Assembly: GCF_001194135.2 (NCBI RefSeq)
Contig: NC_068999.1
Span: forward strand, 51,444,855-51,508,854
Length of the DNA: 64,000 bases
Reading direction: 5' to 3'
Source of the DNA: Octopus bimaculoides
Lineage: Eukaryota
The notes under the pieces are model-generated. The model was not told the DNA's origin. It saw only the letters and a program-made list of their open reading frames with translations, and ran no database searches. The position numbers were made by a program, and so were the translations under genes. Shown in pieces: positions 39,658 through 52,035 of this stretch; position 1 is the stretch's first letter, and each line of letters starts with the position of its first letter.

Positions 39658-40781
39658 GAATAGATACCAGTTTCTCTATTTCAGAGAAGATAAAAATCGG
39701 ATGGTGTGGTGGTCATGCCTTTCTCAAAGCATTGAGGCTAAGTAAAGTAGATACCTTCGAACAGGAATTCTGTAGCAAAGCTAATCTTCAGTGGTTAACC
39801 TAATACTTGAGTTGTTAAAAGAATCCATTCTGTTGCAGTTATTCGGACCAGCTTTACAGCCTGAAGATTGTTCGGTGTTTTGAAGTCTTGGTTCTGTATC
39901 TCTCATCTAATCTACTATGGACGTGAACTGCCTGGAAACTACAGGAGTAATTTTTAATTGACAATATATCTCGTTCTTGTAACGATACAGTATTACATGC
40001 GTATTTATATATGTGTGTGTGACTGTGTTTCTGTCTGTGTGTGCGTGTGTACGCATATGTTTATTGTGTGCCTGAATCCGATAATCCATTAAAGAATCAT
40101 TTTGAAGATTTTGTTTGCACACAGTATGTCTATAGTGGAACCAGAAATTATATTTTTGCTTTTTACTTCATAGTTTAATAAGAGCAGAAAGGACGGGGGT
40201 TCATAATTCTTTTTGATGTTATTCGAAATTGGTTGAAACAAAAAAAGAAGGTATTTTCCTCACACTAGAGACCTGGCCCAAATGATAATAAAAAAAAGCG
40301 GACAAAAAGCAATCAATGATCAAATGGTAATGTTAAACTGAGTGACGTGTGAATATGCGTGTGTATACGTTTGTATGTGTGGGGATGCCCACCTTCATTG
40401 CCAATTACCCATCACCAAAACAAAACCGCACTAAAACATCTGCCACCAATTATTCCCATTTCAAAGCCAACCACGTCGAAAATTGTTCTGAGATACTAAC
40501 TGCATAAAAGTAAATGCATTAAAAAATCTAATAATTTACTACCTGCTTGTCACAATAAATATGCAACCTAAACATATTTAGAATGATGTATTATTTATAT
40601 AATTCACATAGTTTCTAAATGATATACGAATGAAATGTATTTATATGATTTTAGTTTACTCGAAAATCAATAATATTTTTACCATTATTCAAATTTGTTT
40701 TGAAAAGTTAAAAGTTCAAGTTTGTTTATTTTATATTCTCTCATATTTATGTGTCTGAGTATATAAACATACATTCATACA

Positions 40782-40840
<59 letters not shown>

Positions 40841-41575
40841 GTATGTATATATATGTATATACATACATACATACATATATATATGTATAAATATTCATTA
40901 CATATACACCACACACACACACACACTTATATATATATTCTTTCATTTATATAAATAGTTTTAAGTGTTGAATAGATTTCTTATGTAATTCATTTAAATG
41001 TAGAAACGCTTCTTTGAGTAAGTTATAATTTGCTTCCGTTTAGTTGCAAGTATTTTGTGAAAGTGTGGCCATGACGAAACAACTAAGTTGAAAATATATT
41101 TGCCTACGACTTCATTTTACGTGTATTCAGATTTGCTGTCGGCGTTTAATTATTTACTGTATTTATGCGTATATTTTGGGGGAGTTGGGTACACTTAATA
41201 CACGTACAAAAGTATGCACTCCGCTAAAGACACCTAAGGTACTAAGCAGAGGTATTAAACTGGACAACAGATTAAGGTCTACTTCCCAATTAGGCCACGG
41301 CTAGATTTGAACTCGGAACACAAACATCTGTAATACATACGGCAGGGTATTCTGACCGGCGTTCTTATAATTCCGCCAATCCACAGTCCTGGCTTAGTAT
41401 ATTTTTATTGACTCTGAAAGAGAAAGGATGAAAAACAAAACCTGACCTCAGCAGGATTTGAACCTAAAGTGATACGTGTTAGAACAAATATGCGAAGCAT
41501 TCTATCCACTAATTTGCCGACAGGTGAACGAAATATATTTAGCAATATAGCAATATATCAATGATTATCAGCGAG

Positions 41576-41775
41576 GTGAAGGTGCATAGTTTAGTGGTTA
41601 GGGTGTTCGGCTAACGATCGGAAGGTGGTGAGCTCGATTTCCAGCGATGCATTATGTACAATAGACTTTATTTCATATTGCTCTAGTCCGCTTAGCTGGC
41701 AAAGATGAACTGTGATTGTATTTCAAAGAGCCAGCCTTGTCACATTCCGAGTCGCGCTAAATTGCTCCGAGAACA
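41576..41775 (+). mobile_element. SINE family B variant
   Basis: gtgaaggtgcat...agtggttagggtg...gactttatttcatattgctctagtcc...gctggcaaa. Confidence 0.75.
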
Positions 41776-42977
41776 ACGACCTTTTCTTTATAAATGTTCT
41801 GAAAACTATTTATAACCTTAGATTTTTTATCTCATTCTGTCAATTTATATATATATATATATATATATATNNNNNNNNNNNNNNNNNNNNNNNNNNNNNN
41901 NNNNNNNNNNNNNNNNNNNNNNNNNNNNNNNNNNNNNNNNNNNNNNNNNNNNNNNNNNNNNNNNNNNNNNNNNNNNNNNNNTATATATATGCATGCATGC
42001 ATGTACGTATGTATATATGTATTAAGTATGTATGCATATATGTATATAATTTTGTATGTATATATGTACGTATGTATGTATATATGTATGTATGTATGTA
42101 TGCATGTATGTATAATAACATGCACGTGTGTATATATACTTAGAAACTTAGATACGTTTCGGCCAGCATTGGCCCCAGCCATGTCTTTCCAATGTTAGAA
42201 AATAAAATTTGTTATATTCAAATATACATAAACAGGATTTTGCCCATATTCCACCCATCCTTATTTTTCATATGTTTATGTGTGTGTGTATTTTGTTCTT
42301 TCTTTATGAAAAACAAATACCTTTATTTCTATTTTTATGGAAACGCATCGTAACTGAGATATATATCTCTTATCGGATTTCGCTTTCTGCAGCTAAGTTG
42401 TTTAGCTTCTTTACTTATGAAAGTTGACAATCTCAATTGCTTTTATGCACGTAATACATACATGTAAACACATACAATATTACATTTCTTAATAGCAATA
42501 AAACGACATATTCGAGGTTTGTGAATCAAAATGTCAAACTATCTGTTTATTCATTGAACGTTTGAACTTTTGCTAATCTCTGTCACTGGCTGAATCAGGA
42601 ACCAAGTCTCTAAGCAAATACCATAGCAGAAAGAAATACATTTGCCTGCTGAAGGCGATGTTTTATTAAGTTATGGTAGTGCTTTCATACCGATATGAAA
42701 TAACTTTTCTGCATATCGTTTCCCAAAAAGGTAGGAAAAATTACCAAATTTCCATGATAAATTATCTTGAAATGACATGTGTCATCTCATGTAAATATAG
42801 TAAAATGGAAGCGCAATGTATTTTAGTAGGGAAAATAAGATTTCTGGCAGGAAATTTTATTAGAGAATGAACCGGTAAAAATACTGCCAACAATCTTTTG
42901 CAAATATGTGCTGTTTTCACTGTTTTCACATATGTGCGAGAAAATGTTTGAGTAGAGAAGATATGAAACCATTATTG

Positions 42978-43100
42978 GGTTCAAATTTTGGCACAAGGCC
43001 AGCAATTTCAAGGTAAGGGTTAAGTCGATTACTTCGACCTCAGTACTTTACTGGTGCTTATTTTATCGACCCCAAAAGGATGTAAGGCTAAGTCGACCTC
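42978..43100 (-). mobile_element. SINE family A 3' half
   Basis: ggcacaaggccagc...gtcgattacttcgacc...ttttatcgaccccaaaaggatg...gtcgacctc. Confidence 0.85.
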
Positions 43101-43102
43101 CG

Positions 43103-43183
43103 CAAGAGTCTTCTACTATAGTCTGGGGCCGACCAAAGCCTTGTGAGTCGATTTGGTAGACGGAAACTGAAAGAAGCCCGTCT

Positions 43184-43216
<33 letters not shown>

Positions 43217-43410
43217 CTGTGTGTGTGTGTGTCTGTGTGTGTGTGTGTCTGTGTTTGTCCTCCCAACATCGCTTGACAATCAATGCTAAGTTACGTCCCC
43301 GTAACCTAGCAGTTCGGCAAAAGGGTCCGATAGTACTAGGATTATTAGGTTCGATTTGCTCGACTAAAGGCGGTGCTCCAAAATGGCCGCAGTCAAAGGA
43401 CTGAAACAAG
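43103..43410 (+). mobile_element. SINE family C, 5'-truncated
   Basis: tcttctactatag...ggtagacggaaactgaaagaagcccgtc, (TG)n, ggcggtgctcc...ggccgcagtc...gactgaaacaag. Confidence 0.9.
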
Positions 43411-44617
43411 NNNNNNNNNNNNNNNNNNNNNNNNNNNNNNNNNNNNNNNNNNNNNNNNNNNNNNNNNNNNNNNNNNNNNNNNNNNNNNNNNNNNNNNNNN
43501 NNNNNNNNNNNNNNNNNNNNNNNNNNNNNNNNNNNNNNNNNNNNNNNNNNNNNNNNNNNNNNNNNNNNNNNNNNNNNNNNNNNNNNNNNNNNNNNNNNNN
43601 NNNNNNNNNNNNNNNNNNNNNNNNNNNNNNNNNNNNNNNNNNNNNNNNNNNNNNNNNNNNNNNNNNNNNNNNNNNNNNNNNNNNNNNNNNNNNNNNNNNN
43701 NNNNNNNNNNNNNNNNNNNNNNNNNNNNNNNNNNNNNNNNNNNNNNNNNNNNNNNNNNNNNNTATATATATATATATATTCTGAAAAAGATGTAATTACT
43801 TCGCAAAGCGCACAACAATTACAGATAACAAAACAAGTGACCTTTATTGAAATTAGCGAGAAAGAAAAACAATAACAGTAAAGAATGAACATATTTATGT
43901 TCATAAACAACAAGTCCATTATTTTGTTTTCTTATTTGGATATTTATCTGATGACCGGTATTTTCAATTTACTCATGTGCGAACTTACGTGGTTTTAATA
44001 ATAAAGAATTGATTCTTTTTTCCCTTGTAATTATTCTTCATTTATCGGATAATTCTTTAGTTTTTCCGTTTGGTATTTGAAAATTATAGGTTGTGTTACT
44101 TTATTCATATTAGACCATGTTGGAAACTAGCAATTATGGTGTTTCTTTAATCTCGCATTGTCTACGTGGCAAAATCCCAATGGTTGATCTCTTCTGCTCA
44201 ACTGCTGCTGTTTCCTTCAATGCTACTCTGTAGCAGTGGAGGCACCGAAAATAAATAATGAAGTGTAACAGAAGACACAAAGAAACGAATTTTAGGAAAG
44301 CGTGTAGAAGATTAGATCAGCCCAGGTACTTCAATGATACTTTACTTTATCGACCCCCCCCCACCAATGTGTTCAAAGACAAAGACGATCTCGGTGGAAT
44401 TTGGAATCAGGACATCGAAATATCCATCGAAATACTCTGATGTTTCTGCCAATAACTTCTGTAACAAGGGCGGCTAGTAGCCGAAACTAATTACTAGAGT
44501 TCTAATACTGATTTCAAATTTAAGCACAAGGCCAGTGATTTCTGGTGGAAGTGGAAGTCGATTGCGTCAACACCAGTATTGAAGTGGCATTTTAGATTTC
44601 TAATATCGGCAACTGTT

Positions 44618-44649
<32 letters not shown>

Positions 44650-44664
44650 TACATATATATATAC

Positions 44665-44696
<32 letters not shown>

Positions 44697-44698
<2 letters not shown>

Positions 44699-44972
44699 AG
44701 GTGCAATGGCCCAGTAGTTAGAGCAGCGGACTCGCGGTCGGAGGATCGCGGTTTCGATTCCCAGACCCGGCGTTGTGTGTGTTTATTGAGCGAAAACACC
44801 TAAAGCCCCACAAGGCTCCGGCAGGGAGGTGGGGTGGTGACCCCTGTTGTACTCTTTCGCCCCAACTTTCTCTCACTCTTTCTTCCTGTTTCTTGAGTAA
44901 AGCTGCGATGGATTGGCGTCCCATCCAGCTGGTGGGGGGAACACATACGCCATAGAAACCGGGAAACCAGGC
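44697..44972 (+). mobile_element. tRNA-derived SINE, family D (GC-rich)
   Basis: ggaggtgcaatggcccagtagttag (A box), ggtttcgattccc (B box), gcgatggattggcgtcccatccag block, catagaaaccgggaaacc tail. Confidence 0.8.
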
Positions 44973-45069
44973 TAGGTTTTAAAAGGTAATCAGCAGAATA
45001 TTTGCTGCAGCCCATAACACCTCCAATCAGTTAAAATCAGAAGCCATGAGAGTCTGTGCCTATTATTAC

Positions 45070-45136
<67 letters not shown>

Positions 45137-45611
45137 GGCGGCGAGCTGGCAAAATATTTGCTGTAGTGATATTTCTCCCATGCAACTCTTTGCTGAATTT
45201 GTCTGAAATGTAATGGAAAATAGGCAATTTTCAAAACATTGATGTCCAGGTAACAAAAACAAAGTTTGAAGGGAATAGTAGTCATTTCCTTTTATTTCTA
45301 GATAGAAGCAAGTAAGAAATAATACTTGCTGACAAAAACACGAAAAAATCAAAATTTTGTTACAAAGTATTATACATATTTAAAATATACTCATGACATG
45401 AAACGATATAGATTCTTATTAACTGTGCAATAAGTAGAGTTTAGTTTTCTTATTAAATTCTGCTGTATTTCGGGCGGGTCATTATGTCAATAATAAACAC
45501 ATGCACTGCTTTTATTTCACTTCTTTATTTGTCAGTTGTTTAACCATTTAACCAATTATAATAATCGATTGTTTGATTGTTTGATAAGTCAAATTATCGT
45601 TCAACCAGGAT

Positions 45612-45654
45612 TGTCAAAGATGTTTCGTCACCATCTGTGACTTCATCAATGACA
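45612..45654 (-). ncRNA. Hammerhead-like motif, slightly decayed
   Basis: UGUCA-UUGAUGA-A-GUCAC-agaug-GUGAC-GAAA-CAUC-uuUGACA; perfect 5-bp stem II, C3U, CGUC changed to CAUC, stem I needs a 2-nt bulge. Confidence 0.6.
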
Positions 45655-46253
45655 TGACCGCTCTACAACACAACTGCTTCAGGTCTTTCCGTCTTTCTCC
45701 TCTTATAAAAAAAAGAAATACAAAAGAAAAAAACATCCGAAATATCATAAAGTTTGGAATTGTTGATTTTAATTTTTGGTTTGACATTTTCAAGTTGGCG
45801 AAACTATATTATCATCAATCACAACTGGAGAGATATGAAGTTTAAATATCAACTTAAATCAAAATCCACTATCTGTGATTCTAAATTGGTTTATATTCTT
45901 TCACAATCATAGTCCTATTTTGGGTTTGTTTTCGTTTCGTTTCAATTTTTCTCTTCATTTTTCATTTTCTAATTGAGTTTACTACTTTGCGCGAATTTTT
46001 CAGCTCTCTTTTTTACCATTCCATTTTTCAACTCCATTTATAATCCGTTTACTATTGAAAAGAAAGAAATTTATCTAGAAAGAGGAATGTGTCCTATATG
46101 TCAAACATGAAAGTAAAAATGATATTTCATGGTACATATACGTGGGAGGTTGCTTCAGTTCTTTCTTCTTGCAGCGGTTAGAATATTCATATGTATGTGT
46201 TTATTAGTGTATGTACAGGCATATGTATATATATATTATGTATATATGTTCAA

Positions 46254-46291
<38 letters not shown>

Positions 46292-46498
46292 TGTGTGTAT
46301 GTGTGTGTGTTTATGTGTATATATATATATATATATAATTATGATATAGACAGACAGATAGAGGAGAGAGAGATAATTATGATATATATATATTTAGCAT
46401 AAATATATATTATTTTAAATATACATCAGTATGTATGTGAGAGATAGAGAGAGACTCAGAGAGAAACAGGGAAAGGCACAGAGAGAGAGAGTGAGAAA

Positions 46499-46613
46499 GA
46501 GCACATTGCTTAGTAGTTAGGGTGTTGCACTCATGGTCGTAAGATCATGGTTTCAATTCTTCATCTGGGCGGTGCGTTGTGTTCTTGAGCAAAACAATTC
46601 ATCTCACGTTGTT
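46499..46613 (+). mobile_element. SINE family B head and core
   Basis: tagtagttagggtgttg...ggtttcaattc...gcgttgtgttcttgagcaa...ctcacgttg. Confidence 0.7.
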
Positions 46614-48061
46614 CTGCGAACGCTTCGCCGTGTGAACCTGTTCAGGCAACTTTGATTTGACAGAGGGAGTGAGTTAATGTTGAGCACATGTCGACGGAGA
46701 TGATAATCACAATAATGACGATGATACGGTTGCTGGTGATGGTGATAATGAGGATGATGATGATGTGATGATGATAACGGAGGGGCGGAGGAGGAGGGGA
46801 GGAGGAGGTNNNNNNNNNNNNNNNNNNNNNNNNNNNNNNNNNNNNNNNNNNNNNNNNNNNNNNNNNNNNNNNNNNNNNNNNNNNNNNNNNNNNNNNNNNN
46901 NNNNNNNNNNNNNNNNNNNNNNNNNNNNNNNNNNNNNNNNNNNNNNNNNNNNNNNNNNNNNNNNNNNNNNNNNNNNNNNNNNNNNNNNNNNNNNNNNNNN
47001 NNNNNNNNNNNNNNNNNNNNNNNNNNNNNNNNNNNNNNNNNNNNNNNNNNNNNNNNNNNNNNNNNNNNNNNNNNNNNNNNNNNNNNNNNNNNNNNNNNNN
47101 NNNNNNNNNNNNNNNNNNNNNNNNNNNNNNNNNNNNNNNNNNNNNNNNNNNNNNNNNNNNNNNNNNNNNNNNNNNNNNNNNNNNNNNNNNNNNNNNNNNN
47201 NNNNNNNNNNNNNNNNNNNNNNNNNNNNNNNNNNNNNNNNNNNNNNNNNNNNNNNNNNNNNNNNNNNNNNNNNNNNNNNNNNNNNNNNNNNNNNNNNNNN
47301 NNNNNNNNNNNNNNNNNNNNNNNNNNNNNNNNNNNNNNNNNNNNNNNNNNNNNNNNNNNNNNNNNNNNNNNNNNNNNNNNNNNNNNNNNNNNNNNNNNNN
47401 NNNNNNNNNNNNNNNNNNNNNNNNNNNNNNNNNNNNNNNNNNNNNNNNNNNNNNNNNNNNNNNNNNNNNNNNNNNNNNNNNNNNNNNNNNNNNNNNNNNN
47501 NNNNNNNNNNNNNNNNNNNNNNNNNNNNNNNNNNNNNNNNNNNNNNNNNNNNNNNNNNNNNNNNNNNNNNNNNNNNNNNNNNNNNNNNNNNNNNNNNNNN
47601 NNNNNNNNNNNNNNNNNNNNNNNNNNNNNNNNNNNNNNNNNNNNNNNNNNNNNNNNNNNNNNNNNGAGGAGGAGGAGGAGGAGGAGGAGGAGGAGGAAAC
47701 TGTTCTTGCTACAGCTGCTGTTTCTTAACGAGGTACTATCATTAAGAGAATGAGGAATCTGAATCAACGTGGCAATCTTCGAAATATAATTCACTTCCAG
47801 TCAACGGTAATCCTAACTTGGCTTGATCTGCTAGAATTGGTATGCAAGTGACTAAGAAAGTGAAGATCAGTTTGGAAGAACTGGAGCAAAATTCGATTTG
47901 ATTGCTACGAAGAATATTCATCTAAAGATTATGAAAATTAAATTAAACTGAAACAAAAGGGATTAACGAATAAATAAGTATAGATCGTTCATAATATGTT
48001 TATAACGTGCATATAATACATACATACACACACAAACATTTATACATATAAATATATATAT

Positions 48062-48128
<67 letters not shown>

Positions 48129-48218
48129 CGTATATATATATATATGAATATATACACATGCACAGAAAATAATACATATATGTGCATGTGTATATATGTA
48201 TGTATATAAGTATATACA

Positions 48219-48258
<40 letters not shown>

Positions 48259-49122
48259 NNNNNNNNNNNNNNNNNNNNNNNNNNNNNNNNNNNNNNNNNN
48301 NNNNNNNNNNNNNNNNNNNNNNNNNNNNNNNNNNNNNNNNNNNNNNNNNNNNNNNNNNNNNNNNNNNNNNNNNNNNNNNNNNNNNNNNNNNNNNNNNNNN
48401 NNNNNNNNNNNNNNNNNNNNNNNNNNNNNNNNNNNNNNNNNNNNNNNNNNNNNNNNNNNNNNNNNNNNNNNNNNNNNNNNNNNNNNNNNNNNNNNNNNNN
48501 NNNNNNNNNNNNNNNNNNNNNNNNNNNNNNNNNNNNNNNNNNNNNNNNNNNNNNNNNNNNNNNNNNNNNNNNNNNNNNNNNNNNNNNNNNNNNNNNNNNN
48601 NNNNNNNNNNNNNNNNNNNNNNNNNNNNNNNNNNNNNNNNNNNNNNNNNNNNNNNNNNNNNNNNNNNNNNNNNNNNNNNNNNNNNNNNNNNNNNNNNNNN
48701 NNNNNNNNNNNNNNNNNNNNNNNNNNNNNNNNNNNNNNNNNNNNNNNNNNNNNNNNNNNNNNNNNNNNNNNNNNNNNNNNNNNNNNNNNNNNNNNNNNNN
48801 NNNNNNNNNNNNNNNNNNNNNNNNNNNNNNNNNNNNNNNNNNNNNNNNNNNNNNNNNNNNNNNNNNNNNNNNNNNNNNNNNNNNNNNNNNNNNNNNNNNN
48901 NNNNNNNNNNNNNNNNNNNNNNNNNNNNNNNNNNNNNNNNNNNNNNNNNNNNNNNNNNNNNNNNNNNNNNNNNNNNNNNNNNNNNNNNNNNNNNNNNNNN
49001 NNNNNNNNNNNNNNNNNNNNNNNNNNNNNNNNNNNNNNNNNNNNNNNNNNNNNNNNNNNNNNNNNNNNNNNNNNNNNNNNNNNNNNNNNNNNNNNNNNNN
49101 NNNNNNNNNNNNNNNNNNNNNN

Positions 49123-49175
<53 letters not shown>

Positions 49176-49331
49176 TGGTGGTGGTGTTTGACTGGGAGGA
49201 CTGGGAGGAAGCGGAGGAGGAGGAAGAGGAGAGGGAGTGAAGGAGGAGGAGGGGAATTGGGGAGAGGGGGGAGGAGATAATAGTGATAGACGTGATCATG
49301 ATCCTGATTGTGATGATTACGATAATGGTGA

Positions 49332-49470
49332 GAGTCGGCGAAATGGCAGAAACGTTAGCACGCCGGACGAAATGGCGGTATTGCTTCTGTCTTTACGCTC
49401 TGAGTTCAAATTCCACCGAGGTCGACTTTGCCCTTCATCCTTTCTGAGCCTTGTGCCTGGAGTAGAAAAG
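49332..49470 (+). mobile_element. SINE family A with central deletion
   Basis: ggcagaaacgttagcacgccggacgaaatg...gagttcaaattccaccgaggtcgactttgcc...gccttgtgcctggagtagaaaag. Confidence 0.88.
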
Positions 49471-49849
49471 AAGAGTGATAATGGTGCGTAAGATTATTAT
49501 CAAGGAAAATGGTGAGGACCATGACGAAGGCATTGGTGACAATGCTGATGAGGATGATGATGATAACGATGATGATGATGTAGAGCAAAAAGTGTAGCGA
49601 GCAGAAAACAACGACGTGAAAGAAACCGCCATTTATCATCACCCCCTCTTCCTACCCCACCCCTACCCGGGCCACATTCACGCAAAAAACACAACGCCGA
49701 ATTATGGTGCCATAAAACTCCATTCCTACTCAATTCTCGACACTTAAAACCTCGCACTTATCTCACTTTATATTCCTATCTTCACATTTACCAAAGCCAT
49801 CTTCACCAAAATAATAGAGTGGTTTGTGTATGTCTATACATCTATGCGT

Positions 49850-49917
<68 letters not shown>

Positions 49918-50307
49918 ACTTATATGCACACGCCTACGCACACACATACACACACACACACACACGTATGCTAAGATGTCAGTTAGATTCCATAACAGGT
50001 TTCCCTGCAGATCTTGATTTCTGAGAACGATTTTTTTTTTACATTTCTACTCACCTGTTGTATATATGTGCATATATACAAATATATATATACATGTGTT
50101 TGTGTGCGTATATTTTCTTTGGTATATATTGTGTATATGTGTGAATGCCCGTGTGCCTGTACGTGTTTCAAATGTATGATGCGTGTATGTGAGCATGTAT
50201 GTATGCGTGATGAATGATTGAATACATATATATATTTACACATTCACACATTTTTGCACTCATACACTCACACACAAACGCACATAGATAGATAGATAGA
50301 TAGATAC

Positions 50308-50516
50308 ATTTCTTTTATTAGCCACACAGGGCTCAACGAAGATGGGACAAATACAATGTAGAGCTTTTCTTTTTGGGAGGGGGAAGGAAGGAAAAAAAAA
50401 AAAAATTGGTGGTGTCGATCAAAAGGGATCGTAGGAAGGGAAAAAGGAGCAGTTCGATCAAAAGGGATCGAAAAAAAAAGAGAAAAGGAAAGGCCGATCA
50501 ATAGGGATCGTGTATC

Positions 50517-50517
<1 letters not shown>
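50308..50517 (-). mobile_element. Probable 5'-truncated non-LTR retrotransposon 3' end embedded in (GATA)n
   Basis: Non-repetitive 210 bp with GATA repeats on both sides; minus strand ends gccctgtgtggctAATAAAagaaat; T-rich 3'UTR-like composition. Confidence 0.6.
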
Positions 50518-50575
<58 letters not shown>

Positions 50576-50939
50576 NNNNNNNNNNNNNNNNNNNNNNNNN
50601 NNNNNNNNNNNNNNNNNNNNNNNNNNNNNNNNNNNNNNNNNNNNNNNNNNNNNNNNNNNNNNNNNNNNNNNNNNNNNNNNNNNNNNNNNNNNNNNNNNNN
50701 NNNNNNNNNNNNNNNNNNNNNNNNNNNNNNNNNNNNNNNNNNNNNNNNNNNNNNNNNNNNNNNNNNNNNNNNNNNNNNNNNNNNNNNNNNNNNNNNNNNN
50801 NNNNNNNNNNNNNNNNNNNNNNNNNNNNNNNNNNNNNNNNNNNNNNNNNNNNNNNNNNNNNNNNNNNNNNNNNNNNNNNNNNNNNNNNNNNNNNNNNNNN
50901 NNNNNNNNNNNNNNNNNNNNNNNNNNNNNNNNNNNNNNN

Positions 50940-50970
<31 letters not shown>

Positions 50971-51987
50971 CAGAGATCTACTTGCATAGCAAGTGACTTG
51001 ATCTGAGATCGTGTGCTGAAACAAAAACAATTGCAGCCTGGAAGATGTTTATAAGCCTTTCATTTTGAGTTTGATTTTCTCCGCTGCCCATTTCTCCTCA
51101 GCAGTTCTTTGCTTATTTATGATGGTCATGAATTGTTTGGGGTTATATATATTTTTTTTTTATATTCGTGCATTACTGCGGCAGGGAGTGTTTTTACTGT
51201 GATTTCTGTGTTAGCTTAGAGCCCCATTTCTATTAGTGCGCCGGATCCCTGGAAGATGAGTGAAGGGACAGTCATGCAACAGACATTGTTTCTCGCATTG
51301 GGAATACCAGCAGATTCTGGGATTCCGTGCTACGTGAGTTTTAATATTCAATTTACTATTTGGTGGTGTTATTGTGGGATGCGTGCTTTGGCCTTGGGTG
51401 GTAGTTTTTGTCTGGATTGTGCGTCTAATGTCAGGTCAATGTGTAAAGATGCAGTCACTACGTGTGCAGAACCCGTAACAGGGAATAACGGCATATTTTG
51501 AAGTTTCTTGTTAATGTCGTGGGGGACACATTCTGCTTCATATATTTTTTTGGTTTTTTTATACTACAGTAGGATAGAAGCGGCGATGTGGGGGAAGAAA
51601 GCAGTGTTTTATTTTTAGTATTTGTGGTAGTAGAAGATGGTGGTGGCAGCGGTGGTGATGACGATGAAGATGACGACGATGATAAAGTAAGACGTGTATG
51701 TGGGTGTGTAGGTGTGTGTGTGCATGTGGTGCGTATGTGTGTATGTATACGCACACACATATATACGCACACTTATATTGTTTGTATATAAAAGAGGAAA
51801 CAGTAAATAATTCACTAGTACACAATAAAAATCTTACCACACACGTAAAATATGTTTGTGATAATAAGATATGATTTTCATGAATAATGGATCAAGAATG
51901 TCTCATCAAAGTTCACGCACATATTTTCCGTGCATGGGAAAACTTCGAATGATGTACAGGCAAATCAGCAGTTGTTTACTTATTTAC

Positions 51988-52035
<48 letters not shown>

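Noticed and set aside
42144-42175. GGCCA-atgc-TGGCC-GAAACGTA (minus) and GGCGC-GAAACGTC at about 21147-21159
   Set aside because: These look like hammerhead 3' halves but have no CUGANGA core; too incomplete to call.
44697-44770. tRNA-like sequences here and at other SINE heads
   Set aside because: Followed by SINE bodies and lacking a clean cloverleaf; SINE heads, not tRNA genes.
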